A stretch of 64,000 nt of DNA, taken from assembly GCA_002269645.1 (NCBI GenBank), contig NIVC01001358.1:1-64000 (forward strand), in the 5' to 3' direction. Within the stretch, counting starts at the first letter, position 1; every line of letters begins with the position of its first letter. Under the pieces are notes generated by a model, which saw only the letters and a program-made list of their open reading frames with translations, was not told the DNA's origin and did not search any database. Below, one piece after another: positions 59,001-64,000 of the stretch. The position numbers and the translations under genes were made by a program. This DNA is from Macrostomum lignano. Lineage: Eukaryota.

Positions 59001-62000
59001 ACCTGAGGTAGATGCAGTACCTGAGGTAGATGCAGTACCTGAGGTAGATGCAGTACCTGAGGTAGATGCAGTACCTGAGGTAGATGCAGTACCTGAGGTA
59101 GATGCAGTACCTGAGGTAGATGCAGTACCTGAGGTAGATGCAGTACCTGAGGTAGATGCAGTACCTGAGGTAGATGCAGTACCTGAGGTAGATGCAGTAC
59201 CTGAGGTAGATGCAGTACCTGAGGTAGATGCAGTACCTGAGGTAGATGCAGTACCTGAGGTAGATGCAGTACCTGAGGTAGATGCAGTACCTGAGGTAGA
59301 TGCAGTACCTGAGGTAGATGCAGTACCTGAGGTAGATGCATTACCTGAGATTGCATCGCAGAAAACCGGACCTTAGGAGGTTAAAACTGTCCCAAAATCG
59401 CATTAGCGGCTGTGCCCAAACTACTGACTTCAAAATTCCATTCTTAATGCGTGAGAAGTCGCGCAGAGGCTGACGGGTCATTTACGATGAGGGGGGAGGC
59501 GGTGGGAATTCGCGGAATTGGCGGAGACAACGCTTTTAAGGGGCTGCTGGCAGGCAGACAGGAGGACACTTGGGAATGCGGCCATAATCTCATAAAAGCG
59601 AATGACTTGGGCAGTGGCAAGACTCGACTGACAGGGGGGGGACACCAGGAGAGAAGAAGGGGTATAAGAACAGGCAAAAAAGTCCTTGAAGGTTGCCAAA
59701 GCCGAAAGTTGCAAAATCTTTCGGCTGAAAGCGAGAAAAACTGTCGGCTGGATATGTAGATTGGGCGGCAGATTCAATTTGGCTCAACGGAGATGGGGCT
59801 CGGTTCACTGCGTTGCCGCGGCCTCAACTGCTCCTCGCATTCTCTCTCCTTTGGCTTGTCGTGTTTGTCTGGATGGCTCTGATTTGTGCGGCTTGAGCAG
59901 ACAGTGGCGATTCTGTCTTGTTCTGACCCTGAGCGTGCCGCTAATAACCCATCCCCATTTCTCTGGGCACCGGCGCGGAAGCAAGGAGCTAAAGCTGATA
60001 AATACTTTGTAAGTAGAAAATGGCTTTTACGAGCTACAAGCAAGTTCGAAAACCGGAAACAGTTCTAACAAAGTTTCTTGTGAAGTGAAGTGTCTACCAA
60101 AGTTAGCTTGTGAAGTGTCTAGGTCGTGAAGTGTCTGGTTTGTGAATCGTCTGGTTTGTGAATCGTCTGGTTTGTGAATCGTCTGGTTTGTGAATCGTCT
60201 GGTTTGTGAATCGTCTGGTTTGTGAATCGTCTGGTTTGTGAATCGTCTGGTTTGTGAATCGTCTGGTTTGTGAATCGTCTGGTTTGTGAATCGTCTGGTT
60301 TGTGAATCGTCTGGTTTGTGAATCGTCTGGTTTGTGAATCGTCTGGTTTGTGAATCGTCTGGTTTGTGAATCGTCTGGTTTGTGAATCGTCTGGTTTGTG
60401 AATCGTCTGGTTTGTGAATCGTCTGGTTTGTGAATCGTCTGGTTTGTGAATCGTCTGGTTTGTGAATCGTCTGGTTTGTGAAACGTCTGGTTTGTGAATC
60501 GTCTGGTTTGTGAATCGTCTGGTTTGTGAATCGTCTGGTTTGTGAATCGTCTGGTTTGTGAATCGTCTGGTTTGTGAAGTGTATAGTTTGTGAAGCTATT
60601 GAGATAGCTCATTCTTTGTCACCTCGACCCACCTTCCAGACGATGAGCCGGCAGCGGTGGCAATCAACATGCTCATAAAAAATTTGGGACCCATCGATGA
60701 AGAGAATATGGTGAGTTTATGGTGAGCACTGTTAGCAACGATAAATTAACAGGGTTGCGGGTTGAAGGATGCTAATAGTGTCTAAAGTCCAGACGGACCT
60801 ATGCATATTCAATAGTTTTATATTATTACAACTGGGAAAGCTGAGAAAGCAACTGCTTTTAATTTGGGATTGGAAATGTTAGAAGAAATCTACAAAGAAA
60901 TAAGAATAGGTAGAAATTTGCTTGGCTTATACTAAATTATAGATTAAACTGAACTAGAACCAGTAAGTGAGGCGCAACCATGGTTTTATTCACCCGTGGG
61001 CGCAGTACTCGTATATTTGTAAGACTTAATAGGGGTGAGTTGGGTGCTGATAGGAAATTGGGTGAAGTTCGTGACAGAGAAAATATAAAATTGGTCAAAT
61101 TGAAGAGCCAATCAGAAGGCAGCGAGGGAGAGAGAGATAAGAACAACAAGCGAACTAGAGGGAGAGAAAACGCAGACGAGGGGTTGGAGGGCGCGACTGA
61201 GGAAAGAGATCAGATTGAAGGCCACAGGGAGAGAGATAAAAATAACAAGACTGAACTAGCAGAAAGGGGGAAAACAGAATAAACATTCGAGGGGGTGAAG
61301 TTCACGACTGAGGAAAGAGGTCAAGTTTAAGAGCCAATCAGAAGGCAGCGAGGGAGAGAGAGATAAGAACAACAAGCGAACTAGAGGGAGAGAAAACGCA
61401 GACGAGGGGTTGGAGGGCGCGACTGAGGAAGAGATCAGATTGAAGAGCCAATCAGAAGGCCGCGAGGGAAAGAGATAAGAATAACAAGACCACGAGACAG
61501 GAGAGAAACAGAGTATAGAGACCAAAGGCAAATCAAATGAAAAAATGACTAAGAAAGCCGCGACAATGTCAATTAATTAATACAAGTACTTTAAAATTAT
61601 CATACTATACTCAGCAACAGCTAACCCCCCCCCCCAACTCACGCTGTCACGCGGCACAAAAATGAATGTCTTTAATGGCTAGTTTTAGTATCGTGTGTAG
61701 GAACCGCGAGCATACAAAAGTGCGGTCACTCGGCGAGTCGGCGTGGCATCCTGATCACCAGCCGGTTGATGAACTTTAGGGCAGCTGCTGCCATCCATTC
61801 AGAACCGCCTGTCCCAGACATGCTCGATGGAGTTCATGTCTGGAGACTTTGACGGCCAGTTCAATGTGCGAATGCCATTGCAACATGGTTTACATTGATG
61901 GGGGTTAGTTTTCGCTGAGTATTAACCATTTTATGATACGGGCAACTGTAATTTATTATGCTGTACGACTCTCTGCCGTATTGACTGACAGCTAAGCTAA

Positions 62001-63602
62001 TCCACTGCCATAAAAATTTTAGCTTGATAATCGATTAAATAAGATCGTCTTGACCCGTAGAAACCACCGACTAAGCCATACTAAGCAATCGATTGAGCAG
62101 GTAGATTCGCATCAAAACATAAATCCGCGGCAACTTCCAGATGTACGCCATGGAAATCTACTTCCGCCAGTCCTGGGTGGATAATCGGCTCCGGTTCGAC
62201 GCGGATTTTGTCAACCAGGACGAAATCAAAGTTAGCATTAGTACGCTAGACAAGATCTGGCGGCCGGACACGTACTTTTTCAATGGCAAGGGCTCCAAGC
62301 TGCACGTGATTACCACGCCAAACAAGCTGCTAAGGATTCAGGCGGATGGCACCGTGTTCTTCTCTATGCGGTAGGCTTGCTAATTGCTATTTATTGGCAT
62401 CGGGTGGAGAGGGTTGAAATGAATGACTTTACTACTATGTACATTCAGTGATGTACATTACCAAGATTCAAGAAAGGTTAAGGGCAGAAGGGATGTATGT
62501 ATATTTATGCCGGGGGAAAGGAAAGAAAGGAAGCGGGGAATTGAGACTTCACAATGTACATCAATATTCTCTACACAATATAGAGCAGGGATTTGGCAAA
62601 ACATTTTTCCTCAAGGGCCAGATGAGCGAGTTAAAGAAATGAGAGGGAATAGATGAGACATGAGAGAGAGAGAAGAGATAAGAAAGAAGACAAGAGGAGA
62701 AGAGGGAAGAGATGAGAGAAGGGAGAGAGGGAGGAGAAGAAGGGAAAGAGGAGAGAGGAGAGTGGGTAGAGAGGAGAAAGGGGAGAGAAGAGGGGAGAGA
62801 GCAGAGAGGAGAGGGGAGAGAAGAGACACAAACCTTGGGCGGGTCAGATTGCTATTGTGAAGATTCAAAGGATCCGAGGGCCGGATAGAGAGGCTTGACG
62901 GGCCGCATGTGGCCCACAGGCCGGAGTTTCCCAACCCCTGATCCAGAGAATGGAGAACTACAGGAATCCTTACCAAATTCGACTTAAGCAATTTTTTTTG
63001 GCTTTAGCACACTTGATATTTACACGGAGTCAGATACAAGGGTTGCAGTTTTAAAACAAAAATGAAATCAAAACGAGAACTCTGATCCTAAAAAATCCGA
63101 CTGTTACAATTATTTAAAAAACTCTTAAATTCAGTGTTTCAACAAAGGAATGGAAAGATCATGAGCACACACTGCAACTCACTTGAAGCCTCAATATCCC
63201 AAGTAGATTGATTACTGAACCCACGAAAACTCAACCAAACAGTTTGCAGTTTGCTGTGCCTCACCCTGCGGTCTCTGCAATGCTATTAACTTCCGATCTG
63301 ACCTGGGGGGGGGGGGGGGTAACTCTTGACAATAAATTTATAGCAGCTTTTGGCCTTGATTGTCATGCAGTGTGATTTTTAACGCCACACCTTCGTATAA
63401 TGAACCGAACAGCTAAGTTTGGGGTAAAAAAGGAACGATTGAAAATGATTGATGGTGTCTAATAAACCAAACACCACCTCTCAGCCGCTGCCTCCCTCAC
63501 GGAACGCAAACCTTTGCAGACTGACGATCAAGGCCGTCTGCTTCATGGACTTCAGAAAATTCCCAGTCGACAAGCAGGCCTGCCCGCTGCTCATTGGCAG
63601 TT
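53029..63602 (+). CDS. Cys-loop ligand-gated ion channel subunit, GABA-A alpha/insect GRD-like, N-terminal exons 53029-53284, 60640-60710, 62141-62370, 63520-63602; continues beyond the window; true start uncertain
   Basis: Spliced product: ITDVLNHMLSSSRYDSNLRPG...DDEPAAVAINMLIKNLGPIDEENM|MYAMEIYFRQSWVDNRL...IWRPDTYFFNGK...TPNKLLRI...SMR|LTIKAVCFMDFRKFPVDKQACPLLIGS (Cys-loop C-x13-C). Phases are consistent. Confidence 0.93.
53305..53975 (+). repeat. 33-bp minisatellite (TGACTGATTGATGATCAGCTGTGATTGAATTGG)x~20
   Basis: Tandem units starting about 20 bp after the exon-1 donor. Confidence 0.96.
54508..54972 (+). repeat. 22-bp minisatellite (GGGATATCTGTACWCTAGCACA)x~21
   Basis: Tandem units. Confidence 0.96.
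56130..57075 (+). repeat. GTAGATGTCAG-based composite array (70-bp higher-order units, then 21-bp units)
   Basis: Period 70 at 56521/56591; 21-bp units from about 56900. Confidence 0.9.
57915..59348 (+). repeat. 9/18-bp minisatellite: GAGGTGGCT/GAGGTAGAT mosaic, then homogeneous (GAGGTAGATGCAGTACCT)n
   Basis: Tandem units. Confidence 0.97.
60130..60580 (+). repeat. 16-bp minisatellite (GGTTTGTGAATCGTCT)x~27
   Basis: Tandem units. Confidence 0.97.
61080..61500 (+). repeat. Local direct duplication, ~225-bp period, purine-rich
   Basis: AAGAGCCAATCAGAAGGCAGCGAGGGAGAGAGAGATAAGAACAACAAGCG... occurs at about 61103 and 61329, with a partial third copy at 61441. Confidence 0.85.
61685..61885 (-). 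pseudogene. C-terminal remnant of a Tc1-family transposase
   Basis: The minus strand reads IRTLNWPSKSPDMNSIEHVWD and ends ...ARGSYTRY*, both characteristic Tc1 motifs. There is an internal stop. Confidence 0.8.
62586..62940. mobile_element. hAT-Charlie-type MITE with a GA-rich internal expansion
   Basis: Ends are CAGGGATTTGGCAAAAC...AAGGGCCAGAT and GGGCCGCATGTGGCCC...GTTTCCCAACCCCTG. Flanks ATATAGAG and ATCCAGAG are each one change from ATCTAGAG (NTCTAGAN target consensus). Confidence 0.8.
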
Positions 63603-64000
63603 GTGAGTCAATGCGTCGCTTCCCATTTGTCTATTGACGCATTTTGCAAACTATCTACTATATTCAGTAGCAAGATCAGGTCATAAGTTTTTATCAGAAA
63701 AATCTGATTATTTAAAGTCACGATCACAGTTGCAGACAGGGGGTTACAACCACAATTACTGTTACAGTACCACAGACAGAGCTGTTAGAGTCACAAACAA
63801 GGGATTGTTACAGTTACAGAGTTGTTAGAGTCACAGACAGGACTGCTACAGACAGGAATTACAGTCACAATACCCCTTAGACAAGAGAATCACAGGAAAC
63901 CTTTACAAAAGGTTCCCTACCGAACCAACTCCGTAGAAATTCCGAACACAGAGTGTATTTTCACAGAGTTCTAATTACACTACTTACAGTACTACGAGTA

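Noticed and set aside
57919-59356. 110-417-aa ORFs (AEVDEV..., PQVLHL...) resembling antifreeze, mucin or surface proteins
   Set aside because: They are translations of a 9/18-bp intronic minisatellite, open on both strands.

Overview
Eukaryotic (metazoan, invertebrate) genomic DNA with spliceosomal GT-AG genes, GC-rich exons and introns packed with minisatellites. The style is consistent with a flatworm such as Macrostomum, but I cannot verify that. The main feature is an 18.6-kb palindrome (1789-20367): two near-identical ~7.5-kb inverted arms built from an ordered series of tandem-repeat arrays, around a 3.5-kb spacer. The spacer holds a second, diverged inverted repeat and a decayed Tc1 transposase. 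Right of the palindrome lie a Merlin/IS1595 transposase remnant and a 670-N gap. After the gap come a partial S/T/G-rich minus-strand gene and the 3' four exons of AATF/Bfr2. Next is a very young Mag-clade Ty3/Gypsy element (28575-32319; identical LTRs, 5-bp TSD, tRNA-Ser PBS) with an intact pol but no gag. A 7-exon minus-strand gene (46420-33742) encodes about 1226 aa of ankyrin repeats ending in a CARD-like death-fold domain. The window ends in the first four exons of a GABA-A/GRD-like Cys-loop channel subunit. Most long ORFs in the supplied track are read-throughs of tandem repeats, not genes. All alignments and family assignments were made by eye or from recalled consensus motifs; no searches were run.
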